Source of the DNA: Rhodosorus marinus CCMP1338
Lineage: Eukaryota > Plantae > Rhodophyta
NCBI GenBank assembly: GCA_029953675.1
Contig: JAMWBK010000005.1
Coordinates: 2,356,001 to 2,420,000 of the forward strand
DNA length: 64,000 bases
Reading direction: 5' to 3'
Part shown: one piece after another, positions 1 through 14,688 of the stretch
Layout of the letters: each line of letters opens with the position of its first letter
How positions within the stretch are numbered: the first letter of the stretch is position 1
The notes under the pieces: generated by a model
The model's database searches: none
What the model was told of the DNA's origin: nothing
Seen by the model: the letters and a program-made list of their open reading frames with translations, nothing else
Translations under genes and position numbers: made by a program

Positions 1-1
1 G

Positions 2-987
2 ATGTCAGACCGTGAGATGGTGAGACGTTGACTTCTATTTAGGAAAACAAAAGAGTGCGCGCTGAAGCGGATCATCTTCTTTCGTGGTTTTGTGTGGACC
101 CATAGGAAGACGATGATGAGCATGACAGAGCCAATCGGAGGGGTAGAGGGCAAAAGGATGCCGCTATGGATACGGAGAGGTACCAGGGTCAAGGTATTAC
201 ACTACTCCAACCCCGCCGTTCAGCTGAACGGTTTGCTCTTATTTGGATCTGAAGCATACTGCGATTCGCGTCGGAATATGGAATAGGAGGTGTATTCGAT
301 CGACTTGGAGACAAAGAATCCGGAACTGGACCGGCGAAATGTAAGTTTGCGCGCTTCATAATCCGAAGCTTTCTGGTAAGCTCCTGACATCCCTTGTTTC
401 CCCATAATTTTGTTTCGACCGCTCCAGCTGTCGAAGGATATGTGATCTTCATCACAAATGTCCACGAGGAAGCAGCTGAGGAGGACATTTACGACGTCTT
501 CGCGGTACGTTGTCAAGAAAAGGGGAGAATTCTAGCTGCGGAGCGTCTCTAAACTACTCCTCCTACTAACTTTGCAGGAGTACGGGGACATCAAAAACGT
601 GCATCTTAACTTGGACCGGAGAACTGGTCTTGTAAAAGGCTACTGCCTAATTGAGTACGAAGGGTACAAAGAAGCACAACAGGCAATCGAGAAAATGAAC
701 GGTAAGCTTTCGCAAACATTGAGCCGATGTGCATGCTCGCAAAGATCTTAAGCCAACCGAGTCTCCCAACGTTCGGGTTTGCCTGGTGCTTCAGGTGCTG
801 ACTTTCATGGGAAGAACTTGGCTGTGTCATGGGCCTTTAGCAAAGGTCCTGTTTTGGGTATGCGCATTTGCACCGCTCTCATCAGAATGACTACGAGTGC
901 CTAGCCCGTTTTGATGTTGATGTCTTTTGATCCTACAACTCTGCAGGGAGAGCTGCGACACGAAGAAGAACTGCTGCGAGTCGATAA
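2..987 (+). CDS. RBM8A: RNA-binding protein 8A / Y14 (exon junction complex), multi-exon
   Basis: Spliced translation MSDREM|EDDEHDR...GPAK|[26 protein letters not shown]|[27 protein letters not shown]...MN|[15 protein letters not shown]; GT-AG introns keep the frame; typical Y14 RRM. Confidence 0.93.
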
Positions 988-1507
988 TCAGAAGATCGGT
1001 GTATTTGATAGTCTTTTCCCTTTTCACCGGGACTTCATCCCAGAATTCCAATACGCCAAGCAGGTCTCGAGCGCTTGGAGGTTCTTCTCGGCCCGTATCC
1101 ATTTCGATTCTATTAACAGATGCACTGTGTAGGTTTCAACAACACGATCGCACTCCCTTCCGAATGCATGCGATCATTGAGTTCGTAAAATATGAACTGC
1201 TACGGTCGAGGACGAATGAACCAACTACTCCGTTTTCAGTAAATAGGTTTTGGTCTTCGCTCCCATTCGGTTGCGATGATAATCGTCTGGAATCCTCAAT
1301 AGACACAACTGATGACTAGATCGTCTCTCTTCACTGCTTCGGGGGCCTTCCAATTGAGGTGAGGACGAGAAAGGGGCGGTCAGGTTCCCATTCTACTTGC
1401 TCAGTACATCGGATGCGCAGCCTCAACAGGTCGGAAGTAGGCCTGAGGAAGGCTCGCCTATAAGCAGCTCCTCTTGACATCCACCTCTGCGGATTTTTAG
1501 TCAGCTG

Positions 1508-2847
<1,340 letters not shown>

Positions 2848-3921
2848 CTAGTGCAAATCCACATTCAACCCTTACATAAGAACCAGTCTCCCTTTCTCAT
2901 TCAGTCAGATCCAAACGCCCTGCTCAAATAATCCTCCCCAACTTCTGAGAAAACCCCAAACACTCCTTCAACCCCTCTTGCGCCATTCCCAACCACTTCA
3001 CCTCAAAACTTCTTCCCAAGCACTCATCCTCGTCAATATTCTCACCCGACGACCTCAGTCTCCAACTCGGCATCGCAAAGCCTAGTCTCTGCCCATATCT
3101 CTCCTATAAATGTTCCCATACACGCCTGCAAATGATCTCAATCTCCAAACGTGCTTTCGCCAGTCCCGCTCAGTAGGAGAGGCCGCCCTCTGACCAGTCA
3201 ATGACTATTCCCCTAAAATGCATTTGCTCTAGACGCATTATATGTGTGCATGATATTACTAACGGAGCAGGTGGGAGCAATCCCAAGCGCTACTGCATGA
3301 GGCTCTAGCTCGATGCGGAGTCCCTCCCGAGATGGATACAGTCAAGGCGTTAGGCATCCCTTACAAAAGCGACGGACTCCTGAATTCTGGTCTAGTCGTT
3401 CCTCTTATCGCCTCCGTCCACATCTCTTCCTCCAACGTGGTCGGTCAAGTTTAATAAGAGTTGGCGCATTGCCCCGTCCGGAAGGACCATCAGAGAATCC
3501 GTTGATGGGAATTTCATGTAGAGGTCTAGTCAAAAGCAATTGTTTCGAATAAGTTCCATCGTCAGCGCACTCGCACCCGCTACAGGAGGTGCCGAAAGCA
3601 CAAACTGCAGATGAGCACAGACGTAGATGGCTTTGGGCGATCAAGTCCCAGGAGCGCTGAAGGCTGTTTTCGAACCTAATCATCAAAAAGCGCAAGCGCT
3701 CGATCGTACAGCTGTTCTTGGTCAAAGGGGGGGTTGACCTTTTACGAGCAGCGCGTAGAGGATATATCTTTATAGTAGGTCGTTCTGTCTACGAGTTGGA
3801 GTTTTGCTTTTTTGGTGCCTCGTGGGAGGTGCTGAACGAGGGGATGGAATATGACCAACTGGATTGAGTCATTTGTATTCAAGTCCGAAAAAGGAAATGC
3901 TTTCACAGTCGTGGTGGAACG

Positions 3922-5157
3922 ATGTCCAAAGTGCAAGCATGGCATGTGAGAACGCGTGTGACGCGTGGCCAGCTCGGGATTGAAGGCAATGAGGAGTTCG
4001 CCGCCAAGTGGACCAAGTCTCAGGAGAAAAAGAATCGATACAAAGGATGGCTTGTTCGGAATCCAAAAACTTATTCGATGAGCGAACTCATAGAAGCGGA
4101 TGGCCCACAGAGAAAGCGTCTGATCCTGCAGTACTCGCTTGATGGCCGCTTCAAAGACGCTCGTCTAGTGTTTGACAGACTCTACGACGAAAGCTTGTTC
4201 TCTGACGAAGACGAGGAGAAAATCGCTTTTTATTCTATTTTGAAGCATATGGCAGACTATCCAGTGGAGCTCAAATCCCAGCTCTTGGAGACCTACCGGA
4301 GATATCAGGAGCTCTTTGGACTGGATGGTCGTGCTGTCGGTTCCATGTTGAAGTCGACCGTTCTGAAGGGTCTCCATGACAAACCAGAGGAGCGGGAACC
4401 GTATTTTCAAGATATGAAACTACTGGAAGCTCCAGAGCAGACGATTGCGATGGGCATCTACGTCCGGAAGATCGTAAAGAAACTGCAGGATTATGATTTT
4501 GCATTGGAGGTGGCTCCGAAATTCAAGGGATGGAGTCCACTGACGGTCAACTACGTGCTGGACAATTGTATAAAGAATGAGCACGTGCATGAGGGATTGA
4601 GGATCTATGACGCGCTGAGGGCCGCAGGAGGAACTGGGAACGACGAAACGTTTAGTCTGCTGGTTCGTGCCTACTCAAAGCTCAAGCAGTACAAGGTTGT
4701 TGAACGTCTAATGGATCTGTGCAAACGGAAGAAAATACCACTTGATGACCGCGCGTTGCATGCCGCTGCGATAAATATGGAGGAAAGTGCCAATATGGTG
4801 TGGGCAGAATATGCTCTTGAAGAGCTGACGCAGAGGACTAGAGTAGTAGGGAGCCATAAGCTTTTCCGCGCATCGCTTCGGACGTATTTGGACATGGGAA
4901 AACATCAAGCAGTGATCGACATCTTCGAAGATTGGATCCAGGCGAAGCAGAAGGAAAAACCAGGACGTCTAGAATACTCTATGTACATCGCCGCGCTCCA
5001 CGCAGTAGGAAGGCATGAAAAGGCTGTAGCTACGAACTACTCAATACGCTTGCGGCAAAGACCACCGCTGCCGGAGAAAGCTAATCAAATCCTTCGACGA
5101 AGCATTGACAATATGGACAACGAGGAACTCTTTTTCACAGAGGACGAAGACCGCTAG
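3922..5157 (+). CDS. PPR-like helical repeat protein (411 aa, intronless)
   Basis: Long ORF with about 35-aa helical repeats, e.g. LTVNYVLDNCIKNEHVHEGLRIYDALRAAG, DETFSLLVRAYSKLKQYKVVERLMDLCKRKKIPLD, RLEYSMYIAALHAVG. Confidence 0.65.
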   Translation: MSKVQAWHVRTRVTRGQLGIEGNEEFAAKWTKSQEKKNRYKGWLVRNPKTYSMSELIEADGPQRKRLILQYSLDGRFKDARLVFDRLYDESLFSDEDEEKIAFYSILKHMADYPVELKSQLLETYRRYQELFGLDGRAVGSMLKSTVLKGLHDKPEEREPYFQDMKLLEAPEQTIAMGIYVRKIVKKLQDYDFALEVAPKFKGWSPLTVNYVLDNCIKNEHVHEGLRIYDALRAAGGTGNDETFSLLVRAYSKLKQYKVVERLMDLCKRKKIPLDDRALHAAAINMEESANMVWAEYALEELTQRTRVVGSHKLFRASLRTYLDMGKHQAVIDIFEDWIQAKQKEKPGRLEYSMYIAALHAVGRHEKAVATNYSIRLRQRPPLPEKANQILRRSIDNMDNEELFFTEDEDR

Positions 5158-5706
5158 TGGTAATGCGCGGGGTAGTGCTTCGGGCGGGGAAACACACCCG
5201 TGTTTTTGTGTGCGATCAGGACGGATCAGCCCCACTGTACAACGATACAGTTTCGATAAGAAGCATCAGTTCCCGAACATACGCTTGTGAGAAAATCGTC
5301 ACATGTATACGCGCTTGGACACCAGGAACGGCGCCGTGGTCCACTGGACCTCTTTTCGAGAGGTTCTCCCTGGATGTGGGAGATATTGGTGTGCCAGTGA
5401 CCTAAGCAACAACTGGAACACTGCATTTATGCAAAAGCGAGACCGAAAGTGTCCTGGAGTGTTGCTATTTTGTATATGATTCGATAGTGCCCTGTACAAA
5501 TCTGATAGCGGCGCGGTAAAGACTTTCTAGTTGAGCGGGAACGCCTCATACAATGGTCAACACGTCTTTACAAAACAGAAATCTTCGAATTGAACGGAGA
5601 AAGCTATATCCGGGAAACCATATGACGGGAAAGAAGCAAAAGAAAACAGAAACAGTACTATCCTGCGCGCTGAAGCTCTAGGCGTCCTTCTTTGGTCATC
5701 CTATTG

Positions 5707-7559
5707 TCATTGACGTTCTACGTCAATTGCAAGCGAACATGATCGTTCCCTTGAAGACTTCCCTGCTTGAAACAGTCTGTCGTTCCTGGCTATGCTCCCC
5801 GCGCACCCAAGAGGCCCTTGCGATTGTTCGAGCGGTATTCGCGCACGCCCTTGCGCCTCGAAAACCGCAAGAGCCTCGAAAGCAAAGCCTGCACCGTGAA
5901 GCCTTTTTTGATCGAGAAGGGAACGGAAGTTTCCTCGGGACACTACTCCACACCAAGAAAACCGTTCCTTTCCTTACCTAGAAATCGATTCAGTAGTCTT
6001 GGCGTCCACTTTTGTCCGTGACTTCCCACCCAAGATGCTCTTGGTTGCCTCCTTCTCTCCCTCGAGAACCAGTCCTTGAATCAACTCCCAGAGGTGATCA
6101 CTCTGGCAATCCTGTAACAGAAAAAGGTCAAGCAACCGCACCGCATGAGCACCATACGGAAGAACCACCACTAAGAAGGCATGGAACATCCATGAAAAGG
6201 GCGCAAACACACCTCATCTCGCAGCGCGTCAATCTTGTTCTTCAGCGCGTGCCAGGCTCTATGCAACGCGTCGCTTTCTTTCTGCAGAGAGGCGCGTTCC
6301 GATGTGAGGCTCCGGCATAGCTTTTCCAGTTTGTCTCGCTTTTCTTTCTCGCGTTTCTCGGCCTTGACTGCATCTTCCAGGTCCGCCTTGATCGATACCA
6401 ACTGATACATCGCAGCATTGCTCTTCTTGTTTAAGTTTGTGTTCTCCTCGCGCAGTGAAGCATTTGCCTTTTGAAGCTGCTTGACCGTTTTCGACATTTT
6501 CTCCATTTCCACCGTATAAGCACTGAAAACCTGGTTATTCTGATCCAAAGTCTCCTAAGGGCCGGTTTCACCGATGTTTGAACGCGTACGTACCAAGCTG
6601 AGTCTCAACTGTGCAAAGTATCTAAAGAACTTTTGTCGTGGGAGGAGCTTACCTGAAAGCTGTCAAATTTGTTTCCATATTCTGTGAGTTGTTTTCGAAG
6701 GTTAGTTTCTGTTTTGCTCTGAGTCTTTGTTAGTGCCTCGAGATGAGCGACCTTGGCCTTCAGTTCCTCCGTCGACGCCCCTTGCTCTCGAGCCCTGGCT
6801 TCAGCGAGCTCGAGCTCTAGTTCCTTTGTACGAAGCTGAAGACCAAAGTGCTCTTCTCGTACTTCGTATCTAGTATCAAGATCCTTCAGTTGTTCTTTCA
6901 AAATTCGAACTTCCTCAGTGTGTCGTTCGTCAGTTTTCGCCTTCAACTCGGCATTCCTCTCGGTCTCAGTCATTGTCTCTCTCAATTGAGCCAAGAGCTT
7001 CTCCTTCAGTGCCCCGTCCTCAGCTAGCTTCTTTCCGGTTTGCTCACTCAGTTCGCGGTTCTGTCTCGAGAGCTCACGGCTCAACGCCTCCAACTTGCTT
7101 TTGGCAGATTTTGTTCTATTTAAATCAACCTTCATGGAGTCTGCGTCGTGCTCTGCACTACGTCGCAGTCTTCTCTCGTTGCCAATCTCATACGCCAGAG
7201 TCCTCATCTCGTTGACTCTCTGCAACAGCTTGGATTGAAGGTTTTTCAGCTTCACTTCTGTCGGAGTATGCGTCGAGCTCACTAGAGCCATGACCTCTGA
7301 TGTCGCTTTCCTATGGGCCTCATCTGCATCCAGCACGGAGACAAGACAATCAATCCCCCTGAAGCTCGCTATATGGAACAGCTGTACCGGCAGAACCCAA
7401 AAACCAGCACTTACCTGCTCTCTTTTCATCTTCATTCTTGTGTTGAGGGGCCTTTTCTAGCTCCTCAATCCTCCTCCAAAGCAGCTTGTGTAATTCCCCA
7501 TTCTCAGAGGAACTGACCTGCTTTTTGTCCATCCCTGCAAGCGGTTTGTGTTTTCCCAC
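5707..7559 (-). CDS. Taxilin-family coiled-coil protein, multi-exon; both ends uncertain
   Basis: KSKLEALSRELSRQN, YEVREEHF, LRKQLTEYGNKFDSFQ, VFSAYTVEMEKMSK, KLEKLCRSL follow the taxilin pattern; further 5' exons may lie at 7600-8000. Confidence 0.8.
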
Positions 7560-9518
7560 GACTAAGACCCTATCGCATTGTCAGCGTACTCACTGGTGGC
7601 CTCTAAAATTATCACATCACCACTGGACGTTCAAGTTGCGCTCGATCCGTCGCTACCTTTGCGAAAACCACTCCGTAGTTGAGAACCCAGGGACAAGCAG
7701 CGTCAAGCCCACCACAGCTGAACCTACCCAAATAAATTAACAGCCTCGACCGGACCTCATTCATTCATAGAAAGTGCACACCCCATACGCGACCGTCCCG
7801 AACCGAGCAGGTCTAAACAACCTGACGTCCGAGCTTACCAAGAGCAAATCTCATTCATCTCCCGGTACCTTCCGAGCATCCCCCCTGTCCTCAGTATGTA
7901 CACCAGCTCTCTGCCTGTCCCCTGAAGTCCACTCAGTACCTCCCAACCCGCTCGTCAATCTCGTTTTCTTAGAAATGGTGCTGGCGTCGCACAAACCCAC
8001 CCTGCCCACCTCGTAACTCAATGCAAAAATGAATCTGGTTGAAAAAGCATGGTCGTATACCCCCCCCCCCCAACCAACCCCCTCGCTCTAAAACCGCTCA
8101 ACTGCGCGACATGATCGGATGACCCTTTTTGGGGGACAAAGCTGACCATACGAACTGGCAGTGCTCTCACTTGCTACTACGGAGAAGTCCAAAGGTCAAT
8201 AGATGAGTCTGGCTAATCTGAGTACAAGTGATTCTGTCTGCTGACCTAATTTATTACGGTGGAATCGATGTCACTATTGATCATGCGCAGCAGGAATGAT
8301 GTCTGGCGCTCCGTCGAGGTTTTAGAACGTTGAGCGCTTCAAGTGTTCCTTGAGTTCTTTCCTCTCTTTTGTTCGGTACGTCTGCACTTGTTTCGAGCTG
8401 AGGAGAGGGCTGTGGGTCAGGTGCAAACAACTCTAACTACTGAAGGCTAGTGACTTCTGGCGGCTGCTGGATCATTGAGTTCTGTTTATAAAAGGGTCCT
8501 AGGCAGTTTTCGTTAAGTCTCATCAACGGCTATGGATGGGATGACTAGCAGGTGGTGGCAATGGTTTCCAGTCCCAGTTTCTGGCCTGGCTTACGAGTTT
8601 TTCTGAGTTTGAAAGTCTGACTCTTCCATGGGAGTTAATGAAGACACATTTTCGTAGGTTCTGGGTCATCCTTTAACACTAGGCATGTGGGATGATTTAA
8701 TCCGATGTGCTACTGCTAGTTTCTGCAGGCGAGGGGTTCCGTCAGTAGCTGCTTCGACGAAGACACTGTGTGGGGATGCACAGGTTCGACCGTTCGGCCA
8801 CAGATCAGCTTTTAGAGGGATTCAGTTGTGCGTTCAGTTTCGTAGTACGTATATCTCCATCCATGGTGTATTTTTTTCAAGACGTATTCACTGAGAAGTA
8901 GGTCGGCGTAGAGCGTTCACGGTTACACGAGAGTTGATCCATCGAAGCATACCCCTTGCACGTCCCTGACAAAGACAGATTACCTTAAAGACTGAGCTAC
9001 TATCTTAATCTATCTTTCATATCCGCTCGAGTATGCTTTCGGCAGCCAACATCCCAACGGAAAAGTCCAGCTTCGGTCACTGCTTGGTTCAAACGATCGA
9101 ACCCCCAAAAGTAGCATGTTGACCTTAGATCAGGTTCAATTCAATATGGGATAATATAAATTTATACGAAACAATGTCTACATTTGTCTCTAAATCCAAA
9201 ATCTGGTCATTATTTAGACTTTTCAACCAACTCGAACATCAATCACCGCAAGAGACAACAAAATGGATGGTCACTTCGATCGAACACAAGACAGGGGGTA
9301 TGGATGGTACAATTATTAATAGTTTCGAAGATTTTAAAGCTATCCTGTATTTCTAAGGGGTTCAAAGGGGGGTTAAGAATGGGCTTGTGGATGCCCTAGA
9401 CACCGGGCGTTTACTGGCTGCAGTAGCTTGCTTACGCAGGTATCGATGCTAACCGTGCTGGGGCACGACGTGTGGGTAGGCAAGGATCAACTAGCGGGTG
9501 GAAAAGGAAGGGTGAGTT

Positions 9519-9544
9519 GGGAGGGAGGGAGGGAGGGAGGAGGG
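9519..9544 (+). repeat. (GGGA)5 microsatellite with a G-quadruplex-type motif
   Basis: gggagggagggagggagggaggaggg, about 55 nt upstream of the FKBP ATG. Confidence 0.85.
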
Positions 9545-9597
9545 TTGATGAGACCCTGGTAGTATTCTAGATACTAGAACGAGAAAATTTTTGAACC

Positions 9598-10544
9598 ATG
9601 GAAGCGTTTGTAAGTGGTGCCGTGATCGGAGGGACCAGCGTGCAGCGGCGTAGCTTGTCAGCTCGATGCAGTACTGGAAACAACAGGGAGAATGGAGAGT
9701 CTCTGATCTCTCGAAGGGAGCTTCTGAACCTCGTGGCTGTCGCCCCACTAGCTTTCGGGGCTCCTCAGGTGCTTGCAGAGGATGCTGCAGGGTATTCAAC
9801 GACTGAGTCAGGTGTGCAGTACAAACTGATCAAAAAGGGTACTGGCAAAACTAAGGCAAAGATCGGGTAGGTAGAGCGTTGGCAGAACGGATTTCGCAGG
9901 CCGGTTTTTCTCCTCGACGTTCCCTGGATGGACTACCAGCTGACAAAAAAAGCTAAACGTGTTTCTACCGTGATCACTTACGCTGTTCGTAGTGACTTGG
10001 TTGGAGTCCGGTTCACCGGATCTTTTAATGGTAGAGTGTTCGACGATCTGTTCAAGACTGAACAGGCCTTTTATATCCGTGTAGGCAACGGCTCTCTTCT
10101 CTCAGTAAGTGTTTATTAATGCTCGCAGTGCCGGAACGTTTCTCCGCAGATACCTGACTTTGGAGTTGATTTACCACTTGGCATAGGGCCTCGAAGAGAT
10201 TCTCCAGATGATGTATCGGGGTGACAGGTACAAGATTATTCTTCCTGGCAACTTGGGATTCGGGCCCCAGGGTAGAAGAGCCTCACCAGGCAAGCCAAGC
10301 ATACCTGGCAACGCCGTCCTAGAGGTAAATTTCTCACGAACGCTGTTTCGAGCATCTATACCGAGCAGGTGCTAGCTCCGAATTGGATCCTCCGGCTCGA
10401 GGCACTTTTGATTCAGAACGTGCAAGGGCTCAGGCGCATGAACTAACTTGATTCTTCCCATTTCGTGCACTGCAGTACGAGCTCGAGCTGTCAGACTTTC
10501 CGGGATCCGAGGAGGAGCTTCTGGAGCTCAGCGATGACGTGTAG
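9598..10544 (+). CDS. FKBP20-2: Thylakoid-lumen FKBP-type peptidyl-prolyl isomerase (FKBP20-2-like), 4 exons
   Basis: Transit peptide MEAFVSG, twin-arginine SRRELL, STTESGVQY, DLVGVRFTG...RVGNG, GLEEILQMM, GFGPQGRRASPGKPSIPGNAVLEYELEL...FPGSEEE. The subfamily assignment is tentative. Confidence 0.85.
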
Positions 10545-12550
10545 GAGGACGAAAACCTCCAAACTTATGAAAACTGATTGGATAGAATTTTCTTCGCAAT
10601 ATCACACGTGTACCAAATGACATTCACCCCGCGATCTGCTCCAACCCCCGGGGTGGGCTAAGTTGGACTAGAACCCTTTGGGAAGACGCGTGCTAAGAAC
10701 AGGCATTGAAGAATGAATACTTTTCCTAGAGACGCTGCTGCTGTGTTTCGTTTCCGACCTCACAGCCAGTCCTCGCTATCCTATGCGAGCACATCACAGC
10801 CGAAAGCGAGGTCCCTTTGAAAAAGGATACTCCGCTTGAATACGAAAAAAAGCTCGGAGTCACATAGCCCCTCCGGGAACTAAGCAGGTTGAATTATAAG
10901 CAGACGAAACTTTTCTGAAGAAGTTTTGAAGAGATCATGACCTAGAGACTGCATAGAGACTCCCTGCTTGCCACCACGAAGCACTGTTCGATTATGGGGG
11001 GGAGGGGAGTTGGTACGTCGGTTGCTACATTTTGCCAGCTTGCACACTGCTGTCCGAGACACTGACGAAGGATCCATTTGAGATGGGCATTCAAGTTAAG
11101 TGCTACGTACAGTCCACCAGGAGTGTGTGCCTCGACCGATCTAAATGGAAGCCTTAAGCCTACCGACTCAGGGTTCTTACCCTCGCATCGCGCGTATTCA
11201 AATCCTGATCGACAGCATGAAAGTCAAAAGAAACCCTGACTTTTTGTATGACTAGTCCAGTAGGCCTCAGATTCATACTGACGAAGAACAGCTTGGCTCC
11301 ACCATTGTACCCATCCATATGCCAAATTTCTACAATTGCGTTGATGCTACCCAACTAAAACCCTATCCTAGGGAACCGTGAGGAGCCCATCACAAGACCA
11401 TCTCATGCGTGAGAATGTTGTCTTCGATAATCTGTTCACCAATGATCTCAGCTTGCTGGTCAAAACAAACGCGTTGAGTCCCAAACATCAATAGTACCGC
11501 TGGACTCCCCCCCTCTTCCCCCCCTGAGCATCGCCACCTCCACCAATGTGCGAAGCAGGTTGGGTTTCGGCTTTCCAATCTCCCACTAAGAGATAAATCG
11601 AACTATCCAATCATACGAAACAAAACCGTTCTGATAGGGATATTGAAATATAAGCAGCTAATTGGTTAGAACGGAGAAACAAAATGGATAAAATGATAAT
11701 TTAATATTAAAAAAAGAATATTTCCAGCAGCTCGAAAATTCATCGCCTTTAACCACGAGGGTCAAGTTCTAAGCCACAAGAAACTTTACAAGTGTCCAAA
11801 ACAATATCCTATTCCACTAATAATAACGAGATCATTTTCTATACTAAACCATTACCCACTACTACCCTTTTTTCCAATCAATACGCCTCTCCATATAAGG
11901 AAAATTCGAAATATTTTTGAACGACAACGATAAGCGGGGGTTATTTGAAAAAACTACTTTGGTGACTCATAAAATAGAATTTCTGAAAATACTACACCAG
12001 CCAGCCCTCTCCGTTGCGGACAAAAATTTACAGGTCGAGGTGCTCCTCGTATATCGTAAAGTCTTTCTAAGTGTCACAGACGTGCTTCCTGTTTTGACCT
12101 GGTTTGCCGTGCGAGGGGGGGGCAGGGCGGGTTCCTATATTCTAGTATTTTCTTTGGATATATAGAATTGTGTGAATTCCTGTTATAGAAGTTGGTTTTT
12201 GGGGGATGACGATTATTTGCAGCTCAACAATCTGAGAAGTAGGCGGTTCGCGACAACGGGCGCGCTTTTTGGTTGAAAAGGAGCTCAAAGCTGCTGCACG
12301 GGTGACGGGAAGGTAGAGGCTGTGTCTGTTGCAAGTGGAGCTGTTGGGCTTACCTCATGTATTGGAGAAGGGTAGCGGTTCAAACGGTATTGACGCTGGA
12401 ATTGGTTTGAGTTTATTGATTAGGGTTCCTATGATGAAACAGCCATCTATGTTGTTTTTGAGAGTATAGGATCGGTTTTGAGGTTGTATAGATGCTGCGG
12501 TTCGTAGTTGCAGCGGAGTGGGATTGTAGGTGTGAGTTTTTTTGTTTTGG

Positions 12551-14121
12551 ATGAGGCTGTGTGTAGCAGCTGGAGATCTGAATAGGAAAATGTTTGAACC
12601 AGTCCGAGTTGAGAGGCCAGACCCGGATGGATCGGGTTTGCTTTCTGCGCGGGCGGTGCAGAAATTGTTGGAGAGGCACGGTTCAAGAATCGTGCTCCCC
12701 TCGTGGAGTGAGATAACCAGCCTAAAGGTTTGTTTGATGCTCATGTCTGCTTTATCACGTGCACATACGCCGTGAGGAAAGACCGCCTCATGCGTAAACA
12801 ATGTTCCTTTTCTGTTTCCCCCTGCAGAGTTTCTCCATCGAAAGCCCGGTCCCGGAGAAACCGAAACATGCTATCATACTGGTCCATGGCCTTCAGGGGA
12901 AACCAGAAGACCTCGATTATCTGCAAAAGGTGTTGTGGGATGCAAACGTTGATCATTCCGCCCGGGTTGTTGTACACGCGACGAAGGTTAACAGCGGGAA
13001 AACTAAGGATGGAATTCAAGCCGGCGGAACCAGAGTGGCGAACGATATTATGAACTTCGTGAGAGATCATCCAGAGCTCGAGGAAATATCAGTTGTCGGC
13101 TTCTCTCTGGGTAAGCTGTACTACTTGTGTTTTCCTAGTTTTGTTAATACAGCGGCTAACTAGCGCGCAATATTTTGTCTTGCTTCTCGTGGTTATGTTT
13201 CAATGGTTGGCGTAGGTGGAATCTATGCGCGCTATGCTGTGGGGCTGCTGTACAACACGCAAAATAACCGCGTTGCCAACCTCTCCCCAAGGACGTTTAT
13301 TACTGTTGCGTCACCGAACCTGGGAGTCCGTGGGTTTGGAGTATATCGTTTCTTCCACGAAAACATACAATCGGTATGCTACCAAGAGGGACTAAGGAGG
13401 AAAGACGCTGAATTCGACCCCCGCTCACCCTACATCTTCTTTTTGTTTCCTTTTGAACAAAAGACGCTTTCTAAAGTGTTTGCTGGGAGAACCGGAAGCG
13501 AGCTATTTATGGCCGATTCAAGTAGGCCCCTGCTTGTGCAAATGAGCGAGGACCAACCAGGATTGCCATTTATATCAGCCCTCAAGAGCTTCCAAAAGAG
13601 AGTTCTTTACGGGAACGTGCAAAACGATTTCATGGTATCGTTTGGAACTGCCGTACTGGATCCAAATATTGTTGGATTGAAGGCCAATGTCACACCTCCC
13701 GCCGATGCTGAGATTATAGACCATGAGGAGGATAACCTCGGCTGTCGTGTCTGGTTCTCGTCAAAGCCCACGACTGGTAAGTTGAAGACGTTTCCTTGCG
13801 CCGAACGCCAATTGAAACCGATCTCGGGAAAGTTTCCTCGTTCTAATGGTGTGCTATCGTTTTGTATGGGTTACGTTAGATGACGCTCTGGCAATTGGGC
13901 ACGGCGACTCTTTTGAAGAGGTAATGTCTAGGAGACTGCGAAGCATAGGCTGGGAAACTGTGGGAGTACATTTCGATGGGATTTTCCCAGCTGCTCACAA
14001 TCTTATTATTGCGAAGATGAGGCACGAGTTTGAGTGGGTACTGTTCACCCGATGCGGTTCTCGGTCTGTGCACCACATCGTGCAAAGGATTCTTCACCAA
14101 GAGCTTGATGGGACGCCTTGA
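12551..14121 (+). CDS. DUF676 putative serine esterase/lipase (alpha/beta hydrolase), multi-exon; start uncertain
   Basis: HAIILVHGLQG, ISVVGFSLGGIYARYAVG (GxSxG across an intron), FITVASPNLG, GRTGSELF, LKSFQKRVLYGNVQNDFMV. Confidence 0.88.
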
Positions 14122-14688
14122 AAGAACTCTTCGTGTTGCAAGGTCGATGGATATTGGTCTGCTTTACTATTTGCCTATTTGCTACGGAGAAGAAACATTA
14201 ACTCTAACATGGACAACTCGCTACAGTAGATCACGCGGGCCTCTTTAAAGTATGTATATGCCAAAGGCATTGCGCTGACACTGATCCTTATCAAAGAAAG
14301 TGAGCCGAGTTTCGGCGCAGAGGGGATAGTTAGGAACCGACGAGTTTGAAATGTACCGGCTCCTGTCGGGGAGGCATGCACCGTGGGTTTTCTTTAATTC
14401 AGAGCGGGAACCATGACGGACCAAAAAAAAATCACGAGTAGACTAATCAAAAAAAATTTGGAGGGAGCTCAGGTGCATCATCGGAGTCAGAGAGGACCCC
14501 TCACAACCCTCCGAACAAAATACCGAAACCAACGGAACAAAGTTCCCGCTGGCTTGAGATGTTTCGAACGGTTCACGAGACCAACATCGGCTTCACACTG
14601 TTCTCGCATGCTGTAGTCCAACTTTGATACTGGGAACCGATCTCCCCTTGTTCACTCCAAACGCAAAAAAATCCACTCACTTGCAAGC

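Noticed and set aside
8040-9480. Gene-free gap as a possible ncRNA or TE (GGTTCAA/GGTTCGA and GGAAAAGTCC motifs)
   Set aside because: No cloverleaf, no RNase P/MRP consensus context, no terminal repeats and no long ORF visible.
10880-11600. Possible spliced minus-strand gene (MFGTQRVCFD...|LGSINAIVEIW...)
   Set aside because: It needs weak donors, has no recognisable domain and no coherent 3' end.
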